Source of the DNA: Mustelus asterias
Taxonomy: Eukaryota
NCBI RefSeq assembly: GCF_964213995.1
Contig: NC_135808.1
Coordinates: 23,436,001 to 23,500,000 of the forward strand
Length of the DNA: 64,000 nt
Direction: 5' to 3'
This document shows, one piece after another, positions 25,925-38,100 of the stretch. The position numbers and the translations under genes are program-made. The notes below the pieces were generated by a model. It did not search any database, was not told where the DNA came from, and saw nothing but the letters and a program-made list of their open reading frames with translations. Position 1 is the stretch's first letter, and each line of letters starts with the position of its first letter.

Positions 25925-26980
25925 TTGGTTAGTGTGTTGACGTCAAGATCTCCCATTCCCAAGCACTCTCGGGAAATAATAAACATCTTTGAAATATCAG
26001 AGCCTTTGTACCAAATCGGTGTCTGCAAATGTTTCCAAATTCTTGTCGCTGCTGGAAAAATTGTTACACTTTTCAGTACTGAACGCAATTGTCACCTGCG
26101 CGTGTGTGTGTTTCTAAAACCAACACAAAAGGCTCATCCTGCTCGGAGCTGAATGGGTTAATTCTAAATTAAAACACATTTGGTGAAGGAATTCACTGTC
26201 ACCGCGATTTCAAAAAGTGACTGGGTTACAATGTTCTCAGAGTAATGGCGGTTTCAGCAGAACAAAGATATTTCTTCAAGTCTTGTGGATTCACCATTTC
26301 AAACTGGATACTTCCGAATAAAAACCTTGGAGCAAAATGGATTCGAAGATAAAGTCCCAAATGTTCTCCAGGGTGATTTTTTAATGGAGATTTTAAACAC
26401 AAGAATAATCCATCAACAATCACCTTAAATTCCGCTCCTCAATTCAAAATTTCACCGTCGAAATTTAAGAAACGACTCTACTCTGACAGATGTGAATTTG
26501 TATCTGGATTAGAAATCCCACATGTTTCACCAGCTTCAACAGAGTTTCATTGTAGCCAGTAACAACCTCCCAGTTTCAAAACTTTTAACTGTTCTCCCCC
26601 TTTAGACCTAACTATTTTCAGGAAAACATCAGAGTTGGAGCCGGTCTGAAGGAACAGCAACACAGAGCATTCACACAGCCTTTCCTCATTCACTAACAGG
26701 ACGTTTACACACTCACATCTGTACACACAATTCTTTCTCACATCACTTCAAGTTTCACTCTGGATCTTTTCAACATTAAAAACGTGTCTTTTAAAAGGGG
26801 ATAAAATAAATTCCATCACATCTTTTTTCACTAATGTCTGTTGTTGAAATTAAGGGAAAATCGCGTTTCACAAATAACAGAAAAGGAAACATTGAAGATT
26901 GTTACATTGAAACAACAGAGGGCGGAGTTTCCAACAGAGTGTGTTTCAATTCCAAAACTTCTACACATTTTTTCAACGTA
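25925..26980 (+). repeat. Paralogous non-coding block upstream of gene B
   Basis: Duplicate of 4820-5900. Confidence 0.9.
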
Positions 26981-27100
26981 AAAAGTAAAACTTGTTTTAT
27001 TTTCTCAATTCTGGGGACACAATCTGAATTTCCTTTCACTCACTCTAATTTCTATTTCACTTGAATTTTCCTGTTTAATTTTTCCCACCCGGAAGCCGAG
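26880..27100 (+). promoter_or_regulatory. Candidate ISRE/NF-kB/ETS enhancer cluster
   Basis: GAAAAGGAAAC 26880, CGGAGTTTCC 26923, TTTCCTTTCAC 27029, TTTCTATTTCAC 27049, CCGGAAG ~27089. Confidence 0.45.
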
Positions 27101-28627
27101 GATCCGCTTCAGTCACTGTTTTGATTTAAAACTTATTTTAACTTTCTCTCTTTCCGACAACAGTCAATCCCGCAGCTCATTTTCCATCATCTCAATGGCA
27201 TTGCCCCAGGTCTGTCTCCCCGCGGTTACAATCCGGACAACAGCATCAAACTGCCTCAGTTCACGCAGAATTTTCCAACTTCAACACGGACTTCACAGAA
27301 CATCAACAACCACGCCCGCGCCTTCCCCCCGTCTCTCTTTATTGGTTGTCTCAACACAACTCAATCCGACAGTGCAGAAGGAGGCCATTCGGCCCATCGT
27401 CTGCACCACTTGCATCAACCCTCCGAAAGAGCATCTTGCATAAGAGGTGAGTTACTGGGGTTGGTGGCACAACGCCAGGGACCCTGCTTCGATTCCTTGT
27501 TTTGGTCACTGTTTGCACGGAGTCTGCATGTTCTCCTCGTATCTGCATGAGATTCTTCCGGGAGCTCCGGACGTGCTGGTTGGATGCACTGGCCATGCTA
27601 TATTTCTCCCTCAGTGTACTCGAACAGACACTGGAGTGTGGCAACTGGAGGACTTTCACAGTAACGTCATTACAGTATTAATATAACCCTATGTGTGATA
27701 GTAAAACATAAACTTAAAATTTAAACTATCCACAAAATTCCCAGCCTCTAACCCACTGTTGCAGCTACAGTGTTTATATGGCTGGTTCAGTTCAATTTCT
27801 GGTCACTGGTAATCCCCAGGATGTTCATAATCAGTCCTCAATGGTTTTCCACATATACTTCAAATAGGACCCCTGGTTCTGGACTCCCCTGCCATCGGGA
27901 ACATCCTTCCGCATCTAGCCTGTCTCTTCCTGTTAGAATTTTATAGGTTTTGATGAGATCCTCCTCATTCTTCTAAACTCCAGCGAACACAATCCTAACT
28001 GAGTCAATCTCTCCTCATTTCCACCGAGCTTTGTCGCTGCTGTAAATTTAGATACATTACACTTGGCCTCTTGGTCTGAGTCACGAATAAAGATTGTAAA
28101 TGGCTGATTGTCCCAGCACTGATCCTAGTGTTGGCGAACTTGAAAATAGCCCATTTATGACAAATCAATGTTTCTTGTCCATTAACCAATCCTCTGTTCT
28201 TGCAACAATATTAACCCCAACTCCTGAGCACTGACAAAGGACAAACAGATCAATTCAGTCTGCAGAGATGTGCTTTAGAGGATCGGCTCTTCACAATAAA
28301 GTATAAAGTTTGATAGCATGTAAAAACTTATTCCCTCGGGTTTAGAATGTTGAGGGGTGATCTGATCCATATGTTTATAATGTTAAAATGATTCAGCAGT
28401 GTGAAATCCACATCCAGTCTCTGCACAAAAAAATGTGAACAATTGGAGCTTTCAAATGTAAGAGTGATAGATTTTTATTGGGGAATAATTTTATTGGGTA
28501 ATAATATTATAGTCAGAAGCTGGGGTTGAGATCAGCAGTGATCTAATTGAATGGTTAGCTCAGATCTGCTGCTCTTCTTCATGTCCTTCCCTTTGTCACT
28601 GTATTAAACTCCTTTTGGCTTATTCTA

Positions 28628-28991
28628 CCCGGCAACTGATGATGTTAGAATCATAGAATGAGCCCATTCAAGTCAGCACCAAATCTCAGACAGAGCATCT
28701 TTACCCAGGCCCCATCCCTGTTACCCTACATATTTACCATGGCTAATCCCCTATCACACACATCTTTAGACAGTAAGGGGCAATTTAGCTTGGCCTGTCC
28801 ATCTAACCTGCACATCTTTGGCGTGCAGGAGGAAGCAGGAGTACCAGGAGGATACCCACACAGGGAGAATGTACAAACTCCACACAGACAGTCACCCAAG
28901 GCTGAAATTGACCCTGGGTCCCTGGCGCTGTGAGGCAGCAGTGCTAACCACTGAGCAAACATAATATAACCAGTTGTATTTACCTGATTGG
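28628..28991 (+). promoter_or_regulatory. Gene B distal X-Y module split by a SINE
   Basis: X1 CCCGGCAACTGATG 28628-28641 and Y CTGATTGG 28984-28991 are now 342 bp apart. Confidence 0.85.
28646..28965 (-). mobile_element. HE1-like SINE inserted between the X and Y boxes
   Basis: tagaatcatagaa tail, reverse SINE core and head; absent in the gene A promoter. Confidence 0.88.
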
Positions 28992-29136
28992 AGAATTCTG
29001 AATATTGAGGAAGTTTGCCAACCTGTTTTGTGTCTAATCAGATTGCGGCTTCGTGTGAACAGAAAAAGACAGAAGGAACAAGTTGAGAAGATCCCCTTTC
29101 TTTGGAAAAGAGTTTCCTCCAAAGGTTTCTCCCAAC

Positions 29137-32100
29137 ATGAGGGAAGCAGCAATGATTGGACTGATAGAGCTGGTCCTTCTGTGTGGAGAGGTGTCTGCAG
29201 GTGAGTGATGGGGTGTGAGAGGGGCAATGCCAGGCTGGGTACTGGGGCATTAACCCTGGGTCAGTGAGTGATGGGGTGCGAGAGGGGCAATGTCAAGCTC
29301 GGTGGAGCTCTTGCTCTCAGTTTAGAATTCACATTTTGGGATTCATACCCTGGTGTTTCACTATGTGTGACAGTGGGTGTTTTGGGGTTCATGGCTTGAT
29401 GTCTCTCTCTGTGGTGTTGATATTTTGGGTTTGTACCTCAATTTCTGTGTGTGTGTGTGTGTATGTATGTTTTGGTGTTTGGGGGTTCACACCCTGATGT
29501 CTCTCTCTCTGGGTGTTGGTGTTTTGGGGTTCACACCCTGATGTCTCTCTCTCTCTGGGTGTTGGTGTTTTGGGGTTCACACCCTGATGTTTCTCTCTCT
29601 CTCTGGGTGTTGGTGTTTTGTGTTTCTTACCCTGAGGTCTCTCTCTCTCTGGGTGTCGGTAGGGTTCATACCCTGATGTATCTCTCTCTGTGGGTTGACG
29701 TGCCTTCAAGGAAGGTTTTTATATCATGTTTCTTGTGAAGGGAATGTTTTAAACTCAGCACTGAGCACCGTGCTGATTTGTTTGCAACCTGCAGTCTACC
29801 TGATGAGAACGCAGTAGCATAATTAATCCTAGATAATGGGTTGTTTTGTTTATCGTCTGGGTTGTCCCCTGGGGTTTCAGAGTCGGGTTTGATTCGATTG
29901 ATTTACAAGAGGAAGTCATCTGCTAATGGAAGAAGCTATTCTTACAGAGAAACAAAGCAGGCAGTTATCTGCTTCGGTCTGTCATCAGCAAGAAGTGTTA
30001 TTCTCTCTCACTCTCTCTCTTTTAGGATTATAGTTTGGGACCTGTTTGAAAATAGGTCTCTCTCCATATTTGTTCTGGGGCTTAAGGACTAGCAGTCGCT
30101 GACCAGCACATAAGCCTGTTGTTTGCTAACTGATGTTAAAGATGAGTTTACGTCTCTGAGGAATATTGCTTAAATTGGGACTAATACAGATAGACAAGCA
30201 GCAAAGAATTTGATCTTGTCTTGTTTCAGTATTTAAGTTGGTAAGATATACATCAATTCTTTTTGTTCTTGTTTAAACTGTTTTGTTCATTTTTTTAAAG
30301 CTTCCCATTGGGTCAATAGAATCACAGCTGGAGTGATTCACTTCATCCTCACACTCATGCCAAAATAAAAATAAAAATGTGGGTCTAGTCTAACTTCATA
30401 ATATAACTTGGAGTTTGAGGTCTGGTCCCTAAAAAAATTTAGGGAGTGACCGAGATCAGAGTTGAGAATTCCTTGTTCAGCTTAGGATTACTGAACTCAA
30501 AGTCAGTGAGTGTTGAGTTTTTGTGTGTTCTCTTGAGGTGAATGCCGTATGGAATAAATGGTTCTTTTACTGGCTGAGGTTTTCCTGGGTGTGGAAGAAG
30601 TGACTCAGGATGGTTTACAAAAAGTGGATAAAGCAAAACTTCTGGCATTGCCAAACAAGTTGCAGCTTTCAGTGATAGCTCGGCACTTAAAATTGCCAGA
30701 AACATTGGAATTGGCTTGAATTCAACTCCAAATCTCACAGCTTGAATTAGAGGCAAAGGAAAGAAAACACAATTGAAACTGTTGAAATTGCAATTAAAAG
30801 CAAATGAAAAAGAGTTGAGATAGTTTGAATTGTAATTTAAGGAAAAAGAAAGCGAGAGAGAATAGCCCTGGCAGAGCAAAACAAAGGGAAAAAGAATTAG
30901 AACTTCAGGAAGTGAAAAGGCAATTTGAACTTGAAATGTCTGAAAGGCAAATGTGTAAAACTGCGCGTGTATCAGGAAAAGGACAGATGATTTTGAATCA
31001 GTTTGTGAATCATATGTTGGCTTTCAACATCAGTTTCAGCCTGTGAGAGACAGAGAAATCCTCAGGTGGTAAAGGAGATGCCATTGGAGATCGTAAAGAT
31101 AGTTTCCCTCAGGTAAATTCTTTCCACTAACTGAACTTCAACTTCTTTATCTTTACTTTGTGATTTCCCCTCCTGGCCAACCTGTGGCTTTGTAAACTTG
31201 TTATCCCGCAGTCAGGAAAAAAACCCCAGGATATGCTTCCTGCATCACCTCAGCTGTCTGATTTTCCACTGGCTTTTCAACCACAGTAACCATCACTCCC
31301 ACCTGTGATCCAGCTTTATCATTACCCAGGATAAACTGTATTCCTGGAAAAGATCATTTCCCTATCACTCCAACCCCCACCACCACTTTCGCCAGAATCT
31401 CCAACCTTACACTTTATAATGGAACACTACTCTTTTCACAAGTAATTTCACTTATTTCCACATTTTTCCGGCAATACTCCTTCCAAACTACATATCTCCT
31501 CATCTTTCACCATCAAAGATTGACTTGATCCTGTACCTTTTAAAATCTGAGCTTCTTTACCTCCTCCTCCTGGTACACATAAGTAAACCTTACCCACATA
31601 AGTAAATTATTTAAAACGACTAAGCACTTGCTTATCAACCAATCCCTGACCAGGCTGGACACTTTTTCACCTGTTCAGCTTCAACTATGGTTTCCTTTAT
31701 CAGTTAACAGACCCCAGATGGTTGAGCAAGAACATAAACTGTTGGAGGATGGAGGTCACTATTTTTAGTTCAGAAAGTTGTCAGAATTACAGCAGAAGGA
31801 TATCGAAATAAAGCAATTGTATCAGAAAGCATATACAGAAGAAGAATCTGAGTGTATACCAGAGTGATACTACATTACAAATGATGAATTGATGAGATGC
31901 TGGAGATCATTACATATTCAGGCAGATGCATCAAAGTTATTCCGGGAAGTTGTGGATAGCTTAGGAGTAAAGCAATTTAAATCAACTCTGTACCATCCAG
32001 AATCGCAGGGAATATTGAAACGCGAGCGTCAAATTTTAAAGGCCATGTTGAGGACCTCCAGGCAAGATTATCCAGAGGATTAGGATAAAGGATGCACCTA

Positions 32101-35100
32101 ATGAATGAACTAAATTCAGTCTATTTGAATTAAGTTTTGTCATGAGATAAGTGGACCACTTAAATTCATCAAGGAAAAGTTGGTGAGTCAGCATTCTGGG
32201 ACTATGTTGGACTATGTGTCAAACTTTATGGAGAGATTAACTAGGGCTGGGAAGTTCATGAGACTGCAATTAAAGGTGGCACAGCATGTGAAGAAAAAAA
32301 GTGGACAAGAAAAGTTCCTCGTTTTGCTCGCAGGGATAAGGTGTTAGCATTATTAGCAGTGCTAGGTGAACATTTAACAGCTAGGTTTAGTGGGCCTTAT
32401 CAAATAGGGTGGCATGGTGGCACAGTCGTTAGCACTGCTGCCTCACAATGTCAGGAACCGGAGTTCAATTCCAGCCTCAGGTGACTGTCTGAATGGAGTT
32501 TGCACTTTTTCCCGTGTCTGCGTGAGTTTCCTCTGGGTGCTCCGGTTTCCTCCCACAGTCCAAAGGTGTACAAGAGAGGTTGATTGTCCATAATAGCTTG
32601 TCCCCTTCATGTCAGGGGGATTAGTGGGGTCGATGCAATGATGAGGTCGAGGTGGGATTGTTGTTGGTGCAGGCTCGATGGGCCAAGTGGCCTCCTTCTG
32701 CACTATAGGGCTTCAATGAAATTGAAAGAAAATTGAATAAGATGATTTTTAAAAATTCATTCATAGGACATGGGCATGGCTGCTGGCCAGCATTTATTGC
32801 CCATACCTAGTTGCCCTTGAGAAGGTGATAGTGAGCTGCCTTCTTGAATCGCTGCAGTCTATGTGCTGTAGGTTGACCCACACTGCCATTAGAGAGGCAA
32901 TTCCAGGATTTTGACACAGCGACTGTGAAGGAATGGCGATACATTTCCAAGTCACCATGGTGAGTAGCTTGGAGGGGAACTTGCAGGTGGTGGTGTTCCC
33001 ATGTAACTGCTGCCCTTGTCCTTCGAGATGGATGTGGTTGTGGGTTTGGAAGGTGCTGTCAAGGATATTTGGTGAATTGTTGCAGTGCATCTTGTAGATA
33101 GTACACACTATTGCTATTGAGCGTCAGTGGTGGAGAGAGTGGATGTTTGTGGATATGGTACCAATCAAGTGGGCTGCTCTGTCCAGGATGGTGTCAAGCT
33201 TCTTGAGTGTTGCTGGACCTCATCCCATCCAGGCAAGTGGGGAGTATTCCATCATACTCCTGATTTCTGCCTTGTAGATGGTGGGCAGACTTTGGGGAAT
33301 CAAGAGGTGAGTTACTCGTCACAGTATTCCCAGCCTCTCACCGGCTCTTGTGTTTATGTGGCGAGTCCAGTTGAGTTTCTAGTCAATAGTAATGCCAAGG
33401 ATGTTGACAGTGGGGGATTCAGTAATGGTAACACCATTGAATGTCAAGGGGTGGTTGTTAGAGTGTCTCTTATTCATGATGATAATTGCCTGACATTTGT
33501 GTTGCTCGAATGTTACTTGCCACTTGTCAGCCGAAGCTTGGATATTGTCCAGATCTTGTTGCATTTGAACATGGACTGCTTCAGTATATGTGGAGTCATG
33601 AGTGGTACTGAAAATTGTGCAATCGTCAGCAAACATCCCCACTTCTGACCTGATGATGGGGGGAAGATCATTGATGAAGGAGTTGAAGATGGTTGGGCTG
33701 ACGACACTACCCCAAGGGATTCATAAGAACATAAGAACCAGGAGCAGGAGTAGGCATCTGGCCACTCGAGCCTGCTCTGCCATTCAATAAGATCATGGGT
33801 GATCTTCTCGTAGACTCAGCTCCACTTAGCCGCCAGCTCACCATAACCCTTAATTCCTTTACTGTTCAAAAATGTATCTATCCTTGCCTTAAAAACATTC
33901 AATGAGGTAGCCTCAACTGCTTCACTGAGCAGGGAATTCCACAGATTCAAACCCATTGTGTGAAGAAGTTCCTCCTCAATTCAGTCCGAAATCTGCTTCC
34001 CCTTATTTTGAGGCTATGCCCCCTCATTCTTGTTTCACCCGCCAGTGGAAAAAACTTCCCTGCTTCTATCTTATCTATTCCCTTCATAATCTTATATGTT
34101 TCCTTCAGATCTCCCCTCATTCTTCTGAATTCCAATGAGTATAGCCCCAGTCTACTCAGTCGCTCCTCAAAAGCCAACCCTCTCAACTCTGCAATCAACC
34201 CTAGTGAATCTCCTCTGCAACCCCTCCAGTGCCAATATATCCTTTCTCAAGTCAGGAGACCAAAACTGTACACAGTACTCCAGGTGTGGCCTCACCAGCA
34301 CCTTATACAGCTGCAACATCACCTCGCTGTTTTTCAACTCCAATAAAGGACAACATTCCATTTGCCTTATTAATTACCTGCTCCACCTACAAACCAACTC
34401 CTTGAAATTCTGCACAAGGACACCCAGGTCCCTCTGCACAGCAGCATGCTACAATTTTTTACCATTTAAATAATAGTCCATTTTGCTGTTATTCCTACCA
34501 AAATGGATGACTTCCCATTTACCAACACTATACTCCATCTGCCAAACCCTCGCCCACTCACTTAGCCTATCTATATCCCTTTGCAGACTTTCAGCGTCCT
34601 CTGCACACTTTGCTCTGCCACTCATCTTAGTGTCATCTGTGAATTTTGACACACTACACTTAGTCCCCAACTCCAAATCATCTCTGTAAATTGTAAACAA
34701 TTGCGGTCCCAACACTGAACCATGAGGCACACCACTAGTCACTGATCGCCAACCAGAAAAACACCAATTTACCCTCACTCTTTGCTTTCTGTTAGTTAAC
34801 CAATCCTCTATCCATGCTAGTACATTACCCGTAATACCGTGCACCTTTATCTTGTGTAGCAGTCTTTGGTGGGTCACCTTGTCAAATGCCTTCTGGAAAT
34901 CCAGATACACCACGTCCACAGGTTCCCCATTGTTCATTCCTGCACAGATGTCCTGGAGCTGAGATGACTGACCCTCCACAATCACATTCCTATGTGCCAG
35001 GTATGACTCCAACCAGCGGAGAGTTTGCCACCTGATACCCATTGATTTCAGTTTCGCTAGAGTTCCTTGATGCCACACTTGGCCGAATGTGGCCTTGATA

Positions 35101-38100
35101 TCAAGGGCTGTCACTTTCACCTCACCTCTGGAATTCAGCTATTTTGTCCATGTTTGAACCAAGGCTGTAATGAGGTCAGGAGCTGAGTGACCCTGGTGAA
35201 ACCCAAACTGGGCGTCACTGAGCAGGTTATCATTAAGCAGGTGCTGCTTGATAGTACCCGTGGAGAATTATATGACAAGAACGTTGGATCGAAGGAAATC
35301 TCACAGAGTGTTTCCTGAGAATATACTCAAGCAATATTTTGATCGGGAAGGAAAGCAGAAGGGGGATGCATTAGTTATGACAATGCAGAGTGAAGAAATA
35401 AGTCCAGATGATTCTGCATTTGACATTCTTCAAATTAGATTGGATAATGTGGAAGTAATCGGAAATTGAAATAAACGATTGAGTTACCTTCTGGAGGAAA
35501 ATCAAAATGGCCTGAAAGAGTTACTACAACCACAGGGAGAGATATGTGGGAATAAACTGGGAAGGACTAAAATAATTATGCACAACGTAGATGTAAGAAA
35601 TGCTGTTCCAATTAAGCAATATCTGTACAAGCTTAACCCTCCAAAGTTGGCATAGGTTCAAAAGGAGATTGAAAGCATATTTAAAAATTACATAATTGAA
35701 GTGAGTTGGAGAGAGTGCAGCTCACCCGTAGTGAGGGTTCCAAAATGAGATGACACCCAACAATTCTGTGTGGACTATAGGAAAGTTAATGCAGTTACAA
35801 AATAAGATTCATATCCCATTCCTTTCTTGGGAGACTGCATTCAGAAGGTGGGACAAGTGACTTTTATTTCCAAACTTGACTTACTAAAAGGATACTGGCG
35901 GGTACCTTTATCCGAAAGGGCAAAGGAGATTTTGGCTTTCATGACAAAAAATGGTCAGTACCAGTTTAAAATCATGCCATTTGAAATGAAAAATGCACGA
36001 GCCACATTTCAAACATTAACTAATAAGGTCATTTCTGGACTACCTAATTGTGCTGTGTACATAAACAAACTGGTGGTTTTCAGACAGATGTGGAAGGAAC
36101 ATTTGGAGCACCGAGCGGAATTGTTCAATTGGCTTCAGGATGCAGGCTTGGTGGTAAACTTGGCTAAGAACGAGTTTACAAAAACCAAAGTCACATTCAT
36201 AGTCCATACAATTAGACATGGATGGAAGGCCCTACGGTCGGTGAAAACAAAGGTTATTGGGGAGTGCCCAATACTGCCGGTGAAAAGTGAAGTACTGCAT
36301 TCTTGGACCTGGATGGTTTTTATAGGAATTTTGTGCCAAACATTTGCATTATGGTTGCTGCACTGACTGACTTGCTGAAAAAACATGCAAAATTTCAGTG
36401 GACGGTGAATGTCAGAGGGCATTTGGCCGCCTGAATAATGTGTTAACCACTGCACCTGTGTTGGCAAGAACAAATTATGCAAAACCATTCAAGATGGCCA
36501 TTGATGCGAGTGATGTGGCTGTTCTATTACAAGAAGATGACAAAAGGATATAAAGACCAATTGGGTACTTTTTTCTGGAAAACGAAATAACCATCAAAAG
36601 AGATTCAACCATTGAGAAAAGAAACATTGAGTTTGGTGTTGGCATTGCAACATTTTAACGTTTATGTTGTCAGCAATTCATCTGAGACAGTTATTTACAC
36701 TGATCATAATCCATTGACGTCTCTGGAGAAATTTAGAGATCAAAGTGAAAGGCTCTTTAGATGGAGTTTATTATTACAGCCATTTTATATGAGAATTACA
36801 ATGTGGCAGAAAGTGAGAATGTGATTGCTGATGCTTCATCAACAATTTCATGAAAGAGGAAGGAATATTCAATGTCGGAAGAGAATGACTGTACTGGACA
36901 ATAGAACTATTATACTTGCATGCATTGATTTACTAGAATGTGTATATTTTATATATATATATATATATATATGTAGTACTAATAGTGTGAAACTTGAAGT
37001 TATGAAAAATGAAGCCATTTTTTATTGCTGTTTTTTTTAAGGGGGAGGTGTGAGGATACTGTGCCTTTAAGAAATGTATCTATATCATGTTTCTTGTGAA
37101 GGGATTGTTTTCAACTTCAGCTCTGATTACAGTGCCGATTTGCCCACAAACAGCAGCCCACATGCTGAGAGTGCAGAAGCATAATTTATCCCAGATAATG
37201 TTTCTTTTTGCTTTTATCTGAGCTGTTTTGTTTATTTTTTTGGGTTGTCCCTGGGGTTTCAGAGTAAGGTTTAATTCGGTTGATTGACAAGAGGAAGTTA
37301 TATGCTGATGGGAAGAGCTAAGCTTACAGGAAGACAAGCAGACAGTTGTCTGCCTGGACCTGCCAGAAGCATTATTCTCTCTCTCTTTCTCTAAAGACTG
37401 TAGTTTGGGACCTGCTCGAAAATAGGTCTCTCTCCAGAGGTGTTTTGGAGGCTGGAGATACCCAGCTCAGATACCCACATGTAAGGCTGTTTGCTGACTG
37501 ATTTTCAGGAGGTGTTTATGTCTATGAGGAATATTGCTTAAATTGGAACAATTAGAAATAATCCAGCAGTTAAGAGTTGTATCTTGTCACATGTAAGAAT
37601 TTCAGTTGGTAAAAGTTGAGGCTATTTCTTTTTGTTATAGTTAAACTGTACTGTTAAATAAAGTTTGTTTTGACAAAAGCTTCCTAGTGGGTCATTGGAA
37701 TGACACCTCGAGTGAAACACTTTATCCTCACACGAATGTCAAAGTCAAAAAAGAGAGTTGGGGTCTGGTCTAAATTCATAACATGGAGTTTCTAATCTGG
37801 TGCCCAACGGTGGATGCTGGTGTTTTGTGTTCATACCTTGATCTCTCTCTGTTTTTCAGGTTCTCACTCTCTCCGGATTTCCGTCACGGGAATGACTCCG
37901 ATCCCGGGTTTCCCGGAGTTTGTGCTTGTCGGTTATGTGGATGATCTCCGGGTTGTTGTGTACGACAGCGATCGGAAGGAGCTGATCCCCCAGGAGCAGA
38001 GGATGGTGGAGATCGACGGACATGAGGCTTGGGAACAGAAGAAGATTCTCGCACAAGAGCTGGGGATGATTGTCAAATTGTCTTTTCCGGTCTTCATTTC

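Larger units (their letters stand above)
29690..37808 (+). mobile_element. Decayed Gypsy LTR retrotransposon with Gmr1-like order (gag-PR-INT-RT-RH), two LTRs, nested SINE and LINEs
   Basis: 5' LTR ~29690-30433; PPT aagggggagg then 3' LTR 37049-37808; integrase YHPESQG and GPY at 31890-32405 and 35260-35345 precede RT ([12 protein letters not shown]) and RNase H (DAS, YTDHNPL); inverted segment ~31050-31710. Confidence 0.82.

Noticed and set aside
26226-27064. Short ORFs in the conserved upstream block as a novel gene
   Set aside because: The minus-strand frame is shifted between the two copies, no motif recognised, no convincing splice structure
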